A DNA stretch of 63,837 bases, filler included, from Octopus bimaculoides (lineage: Eukaryota): assembly GCF_001194135.2 (NCBI RefSeq). It is 7 parts of 3 records of this genome, joined end to end, with 100 filler letters (N's around TTAATTAATTAA, not from the genome) between each part and the next. Parts side by side here need not be neighbours in the genome. Positions count along the whole stretch, not along the records: positions 51,246 to 62,659 come from NC_068985.1; positions 62,760 to 63,837 come from NW_026320093.1; 5 more parts are not named here. One strand, 5' to 3'. Of this stretch, positions 51,878 through 63,837 are shown piece after piece. A program made the position numbers and the translations under genes. The notes under the pieces are model-generated. The model did not search any database, was not told where the DNA came from, and was given only the letters and a program-made list of their open reading frames with translations. Numbering within the stretch: the first letter of the stretch is position 1; each line of letters begins with the position of its first letter.

Positions 51878-52026
51878 TCAAAAAATATCTTAGAAATGAC
51901 AACCCAGGTCCGAAATTTCCCCAGGTCACCTGATGAAGGCTGGTGGGTATATCAACCGAAACGTTGTGTTATCAACAAACAAGATGAGAACAAATATCTG
52001 TCCAGTGTAGATGATGTAAATGATGT
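51877..52026 (+). mobile_element. Repeat family B body with hammerhead motif at 51927-51968
   Basis: CAC-CTGATGA-A-GGCTGG TGGGTATA TCAACC-GAAAC-GTT-GTG. Homologous to 57608-57796. Confidence 0.7.
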
Positions 52027-52794
52027 ATAAGAGGGTATATACCTAATAAATCTTCGAAACTAAATTAGATGCAAGTGTCAATGTTAGGCTAATGATATGA
52101 TTGAAATTGCTTTTCTGTTTTACTATTAAAAAGTTTCTTTTATTGTTTCATTGTTGTTTGTACCATATTTCTCGCATATAAGACTCGAAGTCTTATAGCA
52201 TTTGTAGGACAACGTATTTGTGACGTAAATTACGTTTCTGAAAGACATCAAAAGTTATGTTTAAAAACATCTCCCGTTGTTGAAATAGGACTCAGATCCT
52301 ACAGATGTATTAATCCAAATTCCACAAATTTTAGCCGTCAGATTTTGTGTAATGCTGGTAATTCTACAGAGAATTTGCCGTTTTATATCTTACAACACTT
52401 TTTTTTATTTTTGTAAGATTCTCCTTAATCTAACAATTTTAAATTGCACTTAATTACATTAAACGCCCCAGTCTTCTTAGAATTGCAGATTGAGATGTAT
52501 GCTGAAACGTTTGCTGCGGTTTCGGTTTTTACACTTCTTAAATCACTGATCTCAGGTGCGTTGCTTGTAGACTTTAGATTGCATTAATAATTAATGATAC
52601 TTTGGTTCATATACTTTTTGTTAGATTGGACGGCTAATTAACTCTCGTGTGTTCTGGCTTGTATGAACTAATATGGAAATATTGCTTCGAGTCTATTGGC
52701 TTATAATATACATCTGCCTTATTTCTATTCCGTATCTTTGTATTACTACTATACCTAAAAATCACAATTTACCCCTGCTATATTTCATAGTGAA

Positions 52795-53045
52795 GTTGCA
52801 TGGCCCGGTGGTTAGGCATTTTTGATCAATAGATCATGGGTTAGATTTCCTGATTGGGCGGCACGTTATATTCTTGAGCAAAACATTCGTCTCACGTTGC
52901 TCCAGTCCCCCTTTTGATCAGTGGGGAATCTTGGCCTGCTTACCTGGCCAGTATGGTGGCATCATTTCAAGGCCGAAACAATAGAAAACGCTTTGTGACC
53001 TCGCCATGTACAATATCATCTCATAGCCTGGTTGGTCACGTGATA
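52795..53045 (+). mobile_element. SINE family S3, decayed
   Basis: GCATGGCCCGGTGGTTAGGC...CTCACGTTGCTCCAGTCC. Confidence 0.6.
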
Positions 53046-55061
53046 TTCAATAGTATATGGAATATTCTTGTTAATACTGTTTCATGATTGTTTTGCAATC
53101 AAAAATTTTATCCCAAATTCTCCATGAGAAAAAACAATCATTTATCTAATTTCCCTTCAAGTAATTCTGAAAATCGTTTTATTGTTCAGCCTGGATATAC
53201 CATAAGTCTTTTATTAAATCGTATCCTATAACAACATGTGCATACCTTATCATTCTTAATGTTTCAATTCTTTTTGCTATATATCTTGTGGTCGAAATTA
53301 CAAAAAAACAAATTGAAGTAACTAACGAGCTTCAAAAATACATTCCTATTAGTTATTTAGGAAATCTATTGAACCAAAAACGTATCCCTCCCATCAAAAG
53401 AAATTATGAATGATTCCTTCATTCATTATACCTGAAAGATGGCTCGACATATTCAAGTCATATCTGATATGCTTCAGATAATACTTTAGTAGTATGTCTG
53501 AGAAATCTTCAATCGGTGCATTTCAGAAAAGGCCCTGCCACAATTGGATTAACATTCTTAATCGTTTCGATGAAGAAGATTTACGTAAGAACATTAGAAT
53601 CCTTTACAAGTATTGTTTATAAATTTACTTCAGTGGAATTTTGCTGTCCAAACACGTTGCTTGATTACATTTAAAATCGATTAAGTACTCATATTCTTCG
53701 TCAGCTAACCCCTTTTTGTATAAACTGAATCGGACATTAAGTATTTGTAATATTTTAAGCGCACTTTTCACAACTGCTCTTCTCGTCAAGTATGGATAGT
53801 ATGAAATTCTGATAGTATGCTATGTCCGTTACACCTACAATGCTTCCTTTATTAACTTCATATAGAACCAGTTTTGAATCGGTTAAAAAGCAGTAATATA
53901 TTCTCATTCCATTGCTGTGAATTTTGAAGGTACTCTTCGTATTTGTAGGTATCCAGTTGTAAAATATGATCCTAAAACCTATCACGTTCAGTGTCTCTAC
54001 CTCTTGGTACATAATGTTTACTTTAATTTCTGACGAGAGATTCGAAATCGCTAGCTTCTTGGTCATTCCAGCTGGCGTCCTTGTTCCTTTCGACGGGATC
54101 TAAAAAGTAGTCATGAAAATAGTTTGGTAGATTTGGTTTCTTTCTGCATTCATCACTATAAACAAAATAATTAAGGTGGCTGTCATGATTCCTAGCAAAC
54201 TTGCTTCCCATATACATACTCTCAAAGTGTGTTCTCCCATAATAATCTTCTAATGTGTTTCTCTTATAAATCTATTTTCATTATTGTAGAAACTTATTAG
54301 AAACAGAAAAATATTCATTTCTGGATAATAAAAGATTTTATACGTTGAGTAACATGCTACTCTGCATCTAGGTTGGTTTCCGTTGAATTCATACCGGGGT
54401 CGGTTTCAATTAGATTCAGTTTTTGTATTTTTATTGCTTTTGAATATTTGATCATCGTTCCATTCAGAATTTGTAACGCTTGGTTCATTGTGTGTTTGTT
54501 TTATGGTTTCTGCATATAGTTTAATTTCACTTCTTTCATGAAAAAGATTTTCTGAAGAATGTTCTTTTTGAAATTATTCTTTCTCACTTCCTTTTTTCAT
54601 CTTTAATTTGAAATAATCATTTTCTCATTCTTCTTTCGATAGTTTGTAAATGTTTTCATAATGATTCCTTCCGCTTTCTTATATCATTTTATAGACATTC
54701 CTTCACCAGTTGTCTTATATTTCTGTTCATTAGTAGTTTACTTTAAACTTAACAAATCTTCATCCTTTCTAGATTTATCAATAAATTTGGAATATTGATT
54801 TGGAATATTCTAGGAAGAATTATAGGTTTTAAATTCATTCTTCTTGTGTTCTAAAGGCAAGAAAAACTCGACCAAATAGACAGTTACATAGATTTGCAGT
54901 GATTCGGCGATCACATTTTAAACTTTTCCTGTTATATGAATTCACGGAAAGTAAGCAAAGAATCCACTAAACAAGAAAACAACTTATTGTAAAATGTAAA
55001 CCCATTTTAAATCATTAACCAAAAACTGTCATCTGTATCTAATCTATTTTCTAAATGGCTG

Positions 55062-55256
55062 TTAGCAGACAGAGTCGTTATCACTCCGGGAAACTGCTTA
55101 GCAGCATTTTGTCTGATTTTTTGTTCTGAGTTCAAATGACACCAAGGTCGACTTTGTTTTTCTTCCTTTCGGGGTCGATAAAATAAATACTAGTTGAGTA
55201 CTTGGGTCGAAGTGATTCCCATGAATTTGCGGACCTTGTGTTAAATTTTGAAACTA
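55062..55256 (+). mobile_element. SINE family S1, decayed
   Basis: GTTCTGAGTTCAAAT...GGTCGACTTTG...CCTTTCGGGGTCGATAAAATAA. Confidence 0.75.
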
Positions 55257-57081
55257 TAAAATATATTCTCTGTATAGTTTTGAATAATTAGAAGTGCAAA
55301 TATTTACGTTCCTACACAATTTGGATATAATCGCATATCCAATGTCAGTCTCTTCTAAAGCAATGCAACTGTACTGAGGCTACGCCCGGTAGACACACCG
55401 TATATGAAACATAGGCGCGTAGCAAATCACTACACGCGCGAACAGTAAGAAATGAAATTGGTTTGAAATTATGTGCTTTGATATATTTCTGTAATTATCG
55501 ATATCGAAGTGTTGAATAAGGTATTTTGAGATTATTTGAATACATTTTGGATTACGTAGGCCAAAATACTCCTAGATATCCAAATGAAAACCTGCCGGTT
55601 GTAGCCAAAATATTTTGATCATAGACGCATTAAAAAATGGCTTCTCGGTGCTAAGAAAAATTAAGAACATCTGAAATGGGGTCTATAGCCAACCGGATAG
55701 CTTCTACATATTTGACGAACGGCCTAATGTATGACAGATCATATTCTAATGTCTTACAAAAAAGAATGGTATTTTGGCCAATGTGGTTTCAGATTTACGA
55801 AAAATATTCATCATTGGCTTCTTCAACCTGGCAGGCTCGTAGCTAAATAATTCTAAAAAATAATACTAATTAAAGTTTTAGTGAACAGGAATTTTTCTAA
55901 AAATTTATTCAAACAGTAAAAATTTGCTGCCAAATCTTCTCAAATTATATCGTACTGTTTTAACGAAGTACACATCGTATAATATACGTGTTTGCATATG
56001 TGTATACATGTGATTATTTGCCCAATGTGAAAAAAGGATAGTGGAGGATATTCACGCGCTAATCTAAACCATAAAACGATGACACATAGCAGCAGGAACA
56101 ACGATAGCAATAATAAGAAATTTGTCCCCGATATATTTACAGGACACGGTTTATGCAGAAATTGGTTTCACTTGTTGTCTGCAACGTATAGAATAAGTTA
56201 CATAAATTCGGTAGCGGATATGTGAATGATATCTCTAAAATATTATTCCATGTACAATTTTCCTGCAGTGATATATTATTTTTTTGTACCTACTTGTGTA
56301 TATTTGGTCTTTGTATCAATAATTCAAACTGCATATATCCATATGTAGATATACATTCTGCATGTTTTTCTATTTTATTTGATTAAAAAACAATTTTTAT
56401 TTTTTGCACATACTGTTATAATTTTGATTTTTTCCCAGGCCATTTCTGGTATTAACCACTCTAAAACAGTGAATTCAAGTAGAGTAACGTGACAAAACAC
56501 AATATCTATATTAGCGTTTCAATAAATACAACTCAAAAAGGAAGTTGCCAATTGATAAATAGTTTTTGCTTTTGTTTATTTTTTCCAAGCAACTAGGAAA
56601 AAATGATTAATGGAAATGAGCTGTTTGCAAAATGCATCCGGGGTATATATAAAATAAGTTGGAATCACGACAAAATTGCTGAACATGTATATCTGCTGAT
56701 ACTTCAATCTTTAAGCGAGTTTCTATTCTCTGCTATTTTCTCTTTTTTTATGTTGTATATCTAGGATCTCAGAATGGTATTGTAAACGCTCGAAATATAT
56801 TTTATATTTTCAATACAATATTCCACTTTTTCGGATCGTTCAAAATTTGGTACCGACTAATTCGGAGTAATGAGTTATAAAGATTCCGTTTCAAATTGCA
56901 ATTAATTATTTAGCTTAGCCAGTTCTAATGAATACTGTTTTCTCCTTCTTGCTCTTGTCTACAATCAAGTGTATACATACAAGCGCGTTCACACTTTCAC
57001 ACAAACATATTCAGGATGCACATATATAGATAAGAAGATTCAGTTAAACATGCACACATATATACACATATAAATACATAC

Positions 57082-57128
<47 letters not shown>

Positions 57129-57483
57129 NNNNNNNNNNNNNNNNNNNNNNNNNNNNNNNNNNNNNNNNNNNNNNNNNNNNNNNNNNNNNNNNNNNNNNNN
57201 NNNNNNNNNNNNNNNNNNNNNNNNNNNNNNNNNNNNNNNNNNNNNNNNNNNNNNNNNNNNNNNNNNNNNNNNNNNNNNNNNNNNNNNNNNNNNNNNNNNN
57301 NNNNNNNNNNNNNNNNNNNNNNNNNNNNNNNNNNNNNNNNNNNNNNNNNNNNNNNNNNNNNNNNNNNNNNNNNNNNNNNNNNNNNNNNNNNNNNNNNNNN
57401 NNNNNNNNNNNNNNNNNNNNNNNNNNNNNNNNNNNNNNNNNNNNNNNNNNNNNNATACGCACACAGACAAATATACACACACA

Positions 57484-57538
57484 TGGTTAAGAACGTGGCT
57501 ACTAACCCCAAGATTCCGAGTTCGATTCCAAGCAGTGA

Positions 57539-57610
<72 letters not shown>

Positions 57611-57796
57611 CATCGAAAATAGCTTAGAAATGACCACGCAGTTTCAAAATTTCCCCAAAAGACACCTGATGAAGCCTGGAGGGTACATAAGCCGAAACAT
57701 TGTGCTAACAAGAAACAAGATGAGGACAAATATCCGTGAAAGGTAAATAATGTAAATAATGTACATGATTCCTCAACTCTTAAATATAGAACTGTA
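57484..57796 (+). mobile_element. Composite repeat: tRNA-like head + (AAT)n + family B body with hammerhead-like motif (57662-57705)
   Basis: TGGTTAAG (A-box-like, 57484) and GAGTTCGATTCC (B box, 57518-57529), then (AAT)n at 57543-57607, then ACAC-CTGATGA-A-...-GAAAC-ATT-GTG, then a (GTAAATAAT)2 tail. Confidence 0.7.
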
Positions 57797-60481
57797 TTAC
57801 AACGATGCAAAAAATTGGATTAGAGCTCAATGTAAGTTGCTGATATAACTCATAGTGGTATATAAAGTGCATAGTGGTATATAGTCGTTTGCCATACTAG
57901 TAATTAGGCTGTGAGAACACAATATATTTGGAAGAAGAAGAGTAATCATGAGAGGGATATTTGATTATATTCCTTCTTGCAACCAATCAGGAACCATGCG
58001 AATTATAAAGTGTTACATGTACGTTTCATATTTGTGCTCATGCAGTTTGAAACCACAAAATCAAAACCAACACAAAAAATGGAATATGAAAAAAAAAATG
58101 TTTAAAGAAACACAGAAATAAAGGAAACATTTTAAAAATTAATAAAACCTTTAATGAATGCTAACTTGTCTGTAATGCTTCCTATTTCTAATACTCATTC
58201 GGTGCGTCGGAAAAAGTGTCTAACAGACAAATGCAGAATGTTTGTAATCCACAGGAAGTAAAATCAACCGTGTTAAGTTTTATGAAAATTTACATGAAAC
58301 AAATCATTAATATATATGTACATACATACAAATACATAGATGTGTGCGTGCGTGTGTATATGTGTGTGTGTGTACTTATATGCATATAAACATAAATAAA
58401 CAAATAAAGCCTTTTATCGGGATCAGTTGAGCTATTCCGAAAGTGTCAGCTCTTTTGGATACCAACAGGTGACATCATTTATTCTCTATGTAGCGGAATG
58501 TCAAGAAATTGCCCCTAGAAATTAGAGGACGACAGATAAAAATGTGTCAGGATTAAACATTCATCTTACTTTCATAATGTCATGATGAGTACTGTTATTG
58601 ACGCCAGATTCAATAACTCCTACGAGAAATTGTCATTTAGCAGGAATGTTCATGATATTATCAATATTATGAAAGCTATTTTTGCCATTCTAAATTCATG
58701 AGATGCTGCTGGGAATATTGCAAGCATTTTCTTCTAAAGTGTCCTAGATTTCCATCAAGTGTCATGGAATTGTGCTATATATTAATAACGTATAACTGTA
58801 TTTGCTTTAAACATCTTAACTGAAAAAAAAAAACTCAGGAATCAATAACGCATTGCGAAATGACTCTTCTGGATCCTCTGAACCAATTGTATGTGCGCCT
58901 CTCCTTGTATTGTTGGCGATAACAATGACAGAGAGTTCAAAACCTATTCAGAATTGGCAGAATCCAAGCTGAAAATGAAATTCACCTGAGCCATGCAGCG
59001 CATAGCAACTTGATGTACGAATACAAAATCAATAAATATCGAGTTGATATAACAAATAAACGTAAGACATAATGACAAGAGAAATACAATAGATTGAAGA
59101 AAGATAGTAAGATGTTGGGGTAATAGAGAATTAAGTTAAAGAAGTTCATGTGAAGAATGTTTTTGAAAACCGAATCAACGAAAATGGATGCACTTATCAG
59201 AATACCACACAATATCCATACTTCTCTAATCAGTCTTAAAATATAGAAATAGTGGGCTGCGACTAATTGTCCTCGGTATAAAATATAAAGCTAGCAGGGT
59301 GGGACCAAATTCTGGCGTTATGCAAATCATGTTTGGACCGAGTAAGTTAAGGAGAATGGCAACCTTTTGGGCGCTCATATTGTTTCATTAAAACTGCAAT
59401 GCTCTACGACTAGGAGCTTAACGACCATCATGTAAGATTAACTTACACGTTTTCTAGATAACAATCTATATTTCTAATAAATTAATCTCAAAACTAGATT
59501 TCAAAAACTACCTAGAAATCAAGAATCAACTGCAATTGTTTTGTTTTTCTCGTTGGAAGGGACCAATGATTAGCGGTGTTCGTCTTTTTTTGCGACAGAC
59601 ACATCATACATAGGTCCGCATTATGCAATATTCCAAGGGTTTTCTTTGAAATGGTGTGGAGTTACGAGTGCGCAATTCAACTGTTACGTCTAGCAGGTCG
59701 ACTGCTCACCTTAAGGCTTCTTTTTGGGTCAAGATAATAAAGATGGCACATTTGGGGATACAGTGATTTCATTTCTAAACGGTAAATGTTAGGAGGAGCA
59801 TCCAGCGTTAGAAATGTTTGCGCTTGCTCTCACAATATCCGAGTTTTCTTATATGATCTCACATATCCCTCCATGAAAATAATAACAACACACATAAATA
59901 TGAATTTGACAAAATCTGTAAATCTATTTGAAATATATTTAATCCATACAGTAAAGTTATAATAACTAAGTTTCATTCTGCTGTTTCTTTCATTTCCGAA
60001 AATAAAACGTGCAAAGGTATAGCTTTGAAGGAAAGCTATGAAATATATCTAGTGACCAGAAGCGTGGATCTTGAGCAATAATTGAAATTTAATATCATGA
60101 ATTTGTGGTAAATACCACAGAGTGCAAGTACGAAGCGAGAGGGTTAACAGCAATTTAACATGATTTTACTTCATTAATGTCCTCAAGGAAAAGTATGAAT
60201 GACAACATTATCCTATCATTTCCAACGTTCTTCTCCAAATACCAAGTTTCCTATCGATATAAAACGTTCTCATTATCATGGATGAACCATCATGTAATAA
60301 ATGCGAACATGTAATAAATGATTTTCTGTGCATTTATCTGATTGTACGTACCTATAAATACAGAGCCGCTTCTCAATAAACACACACAAGAACAGGAGTA
60401 AAACGGATAAATGATTATGCATGTGGATATGAGTGTATATGCGTATAAGTACAACGTATATATGTGTGTGGTATAAGTATA

Positions 60482-60524
<43 letters not shown>

Positions 60525-60599
60525 CTACCTGTCTATCCTTTTATCTATCTATCTATCCATCTATCTATCCCTCTATCTCTCTATCTCTCTGTCTCTCTA

Positions 60600-60637
<38 letters not shown>

Positions 60638-62616
60638 CATACATACATACATACATATATATGCATGTGTGTGTGTTTAAGTTTGGAATTTAATTTGCAA
60701 GTAAGGTTAAAATAGGATCAAATTCAACACGAACACACATCTACCAAAATAAAACCAATAAAAAACCTTACGCGCACGAAAACGTCAGGCTATCAAATAC
60801 ACAAACAAGCACATTCACAAAAATTTGTGTGAGATTCATTAAAACGTGAAATACGTACATATAAGAATCAATTAGGAAGGCGCGAAACTCTTAAATTCAC
60901 AGCGAAAATAGAGCGGTGTAATTGGCTTGGTCGCATTACTACAAAGGAAATATTAACTGCTCTTAACTTAAATTAAAATTAAAATTTTATTTAATAGCTT
61001 ACTGCTATTATTAATGAGTTGTTCCATCATGAATTTGAGTCTCTACACATCGTCTAAATTATATATAATTCTCCGTGATGGAGAATTAAATCGGCCAAGA
61101 ATTAAGTGAAAATTTAAAGCACAATGGAAAAGTACACAATGTACCGTAAATTGTAAGACCGCAAATACACACCGTTCGTATATGATAGAATATTGTTGAC
61201 AGTTGAAAATTTAATATACACCAAGAAAATAACAGTTGCAAAATTTCGAATCATTCAAACCATCTTAGTGGTGTCACAAAAATATTTATTAGAAAACCGT
61301 TATAATTCTAATACTCTTCTCGTGTCCAAACTCTGCGAACGTTTATTAGCAGGTAGTCATGTCTGAGAATATCATGACAAAGCTTGGAGAGAAGCTAAAC
61401 CCCTTTTGAGGGTGATTCATATCTCACTTTTAGATTCGAAGCAGTATTCTCAACGGTATCTTTTGTACAAGGAGTAGAAGTAAGAATATTTCTATATAAG
61501 GCTACATTGATAATAATATACATTGAAATTTTGCACCAGATTACAGCTAACAAAAGCTGTTAGTTATACTCATATATACACACGTAATTCCATTTAATAG
61601 AATTGCTTAATGTTCTAGTATCATTGGTTTCCTGAAGAAAATTCCGCATTAATTCAACTGGAAATCGACGTACGCATGCAACTCAGCTACTTAGTTAAGG
61701 AGAATCACAAAATACATACATACACTTATATCTACAACACATGCATCCATATATATGCATGCATATGCGAGTGTTTGTGCCCATTAATGCGTTTGATATA
61801 TACAGTGTGTGTGTGCAGAGAGAGAGAGAGAGAGGGAGGGGAAAAGAGAGAGATAGAGAGAAAGGCCGGAAGTGAAACGATATAATGGAAAATAGTAATA
61901 AGTTCTCCATATTCATATAGAGAATATTGCAGAGTATACCATATTTATACATTATCTATGTAAATGCAAATACATTATATTTATTGATATCTATTTCTCT
62001 CTACCACCCCTCCATTTCTTTCTTTCTTTCCTTCTTTCTTTCTTTCTTTTTCTCTCTCTCTCTTTCTTTCTTTCTTTACTTATTTATTTACTTATTTCTC
62101 TCACTCTCTCTCTCTTTTTACAAGTATCTTACTCTATTTCTCTATTACCGATTTTCACTCTACGTTGTGTCACAAATATTGTTTGTAAAAATGTACAGGT
62201 AAGGAGTTAGTACTAGAATAATATTTATGCGTAATATTTATGCGCGTCAATATGCATGCAGTATCCTGCATATTTATTTTCGTCACTGTCTACAATATAC
62301 CCAAACACGTAACGCAACACAGACATTTACACACTCTGGCACTCACACACAGAGCTCGACACAGAAGCATTTATATGTAAACATTCATATATTCGACATC
62401 CATAATCCAAATGCTAATAAGACTTGTCATATAGTATGACAGAATATGTTTGAAAATGTACAATAACATATATTTTTCATAAATATATACGCCACTAGCA
62501 AAATTTGGAGTTAAGCGGTATTCCTTACGGCCTAGATTCTACGTTACGTGGTTAAACTTACAATAACGGTAAATCATGGCACTTTATTAATATATATATA
62601 TATATCTATCTATCTA

Positions 62617-62659
<43 letters not shown>

Positions 62660-62841
62660 NNNNNNNNNNNNNNNNNNNNNNNNNNNNNNNNNNNNNNNNN
62701 NNNTTAATTAATTAANNNNNNNNNNNNNNNNNNNNNNNNNNNNNNNNNNNNNNNNNNNNGTGCATGTGTGTATGGGGAGTGTCTGTATCACCTATATTCT
62801 CTGTTAATCATTTTCCATGCGTTCGCAAATGAGATTTGTAT

Positions 62842-63440
62842 CATCATCATCGTTTAACATCCGCTTTCCATGCTAGCATGGGTTGGACGATTTGACTGAG
62901 GACTGGTGAAACCAGATGGCTACACCAGGCTCCAATCTGATTTGGCAGAGTTTCTACAGCTGGATGCCCTTCCTAACGCCAACCACTCAGAGAGTATAGT
63001 GGGTGCTTTTACGTGTCACTCGCACGAAGGCCAGTCAGGCAGTACTGGCAACGGCCACGCTCAAAATGGTGTATTTTATGTGTACACCGCACAAGAGCCA
63101 GTCCAGGGGCACTGGCAACAATCTTGCTCAAAAATCCTTACACATGTCATGGGCACAAGTGCCAGAAAGGTGATGCTGGGCACAGGTGCCATCCCGATTT
63201 AGCTTTCACTTGCCCCAATAAGTCTTCGCAAGCGGAGTTTAGTGCCCAATGAAGGAAAGGTACACATAAGTGGGCTGGCTACACCCCTGGCTGAGGCCTT
63301 GGATTTAGGTCTCACTTGGCTTGCAGGGTCTTCTCACGCACAGCATATTTCCAAAGGTCTGAGTCAGAAGTCATCGCCTCGGTGAGGCCCAATGTTCGAA
63401 GGTCTTGCCTCACCACCTCAGCCCAGGTCTTCCTGGGCCT
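62842..63440 (-). mobile_element. RTE-clade LINE 3' end with (GAT)n tail
   Basis: Minus strand gives RPRKTWAEVVRQDLRTLGLTEAMTSDSDLWKYAVREKT, a typical RTE C-terminus. The 3' UTR ends in (GAT)n at about 62842-62853. Confidence 0.8.
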
Positions 63441-63787
63441 ACACATACACACACACACATACAAACATACACACACATATATATATATATGTATATACAC
63501 ACACACACATACATGTATACGACAAATGTGGAGAGTGCAAAGATGATCACAATGGTGATGCTCCAGCATGGCCACAGTCATTCGACTGAAACATAAATCC
63601 GAAAAAAGAAGCACTAAGTTATAGAGCAGTATATATATATATATATATATAGAAGATGTACTTGCAAAGCAAGTGACCTGATCTGAGATCGTGTGGTGGA
63701 ACGAAAACAGTTGCACCGTGGAAGGTGTTTATAAGCCATTTAAGAAACGCAAAAACTGTTAGATTCACTTCAGCATTTAAATTTAAA

Positions 63788-63836
63788 TTGCCAAAATATT
63801 TTCGTCACTTTGAGACCGTGACCTGTTCACTGACAA
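63788..63836 (-). ncRNA. Minimal hammerhead-like motif with G3:C8 core (family G), within a repeat at about 63655-63837
   Basis: Minus strand reads TTGTCA-GTGAACA-G-GTCAC GGTCTCAAA GTGAC-GAAAA-TA-TTT-TGGCAA. Confidence 0.6.
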
Positions 63837-63837
63837 A

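Noticed and set aside
54022-54055. CTGACGA-GAGATTC-GAAAT hammerhead-like string
   Set aside because: There is no NUH triplet able to pair and no stem I. It lies inside the coding-like relic, so it is probably chance.
57484-57545. tRNA gene
   Set aside because: A and B boxes are present, but there is no complete cloverleaf or acceptor stem. It and all similar heads are treated as SINE-derived.
59270-59350. TATA-like box, octamer ATGCAAAT and GTAAGT donor
   Set aside because: Short motifs like these are expected by chance in AT-rich DNA, and no linked gene is visible.

Overview
AT-rich, microsatellite-dense metazoan DNA with many N gaps. Its interspersed repeats look like those of Octopus; this is an inference from repeat recognition, not a database result. 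I cannot support any intact host protein-coding gene, and most long ORFs in the track are artefacts of N runs and simple repeats. The window is a mosaic of transposon relics: three Tc1/mariner, two hAT, one non-autonomous Helitron, REL-endonuclease (R4/Dong- and NeSL-like) retrotransposons, RTE and CR1/L2-like LINE pieces, a Penelope-like GIY-YIG relic, a 115-bp solo-LTR-like insert and at least three tRNA-derived SINE families. The strongest hidden signal is about 12 minimal type I hammerhead-ribozyme-like motifs from about 7 unrelated repeat families. Several have non-canonical cores: a G3:C8 swap of the conserved C3:G8 pair, an A6U core with covarying stem I, and an extra nucleotide after A9. 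Their stem III is loopless or palindromic, which implies cleavage as dimers. One motif sits inside a tRNA-SINE-like composite. Six 100-bp gaps carry an artificial TTAATTAATTAA spacer, so adjacency across them is not reliable.
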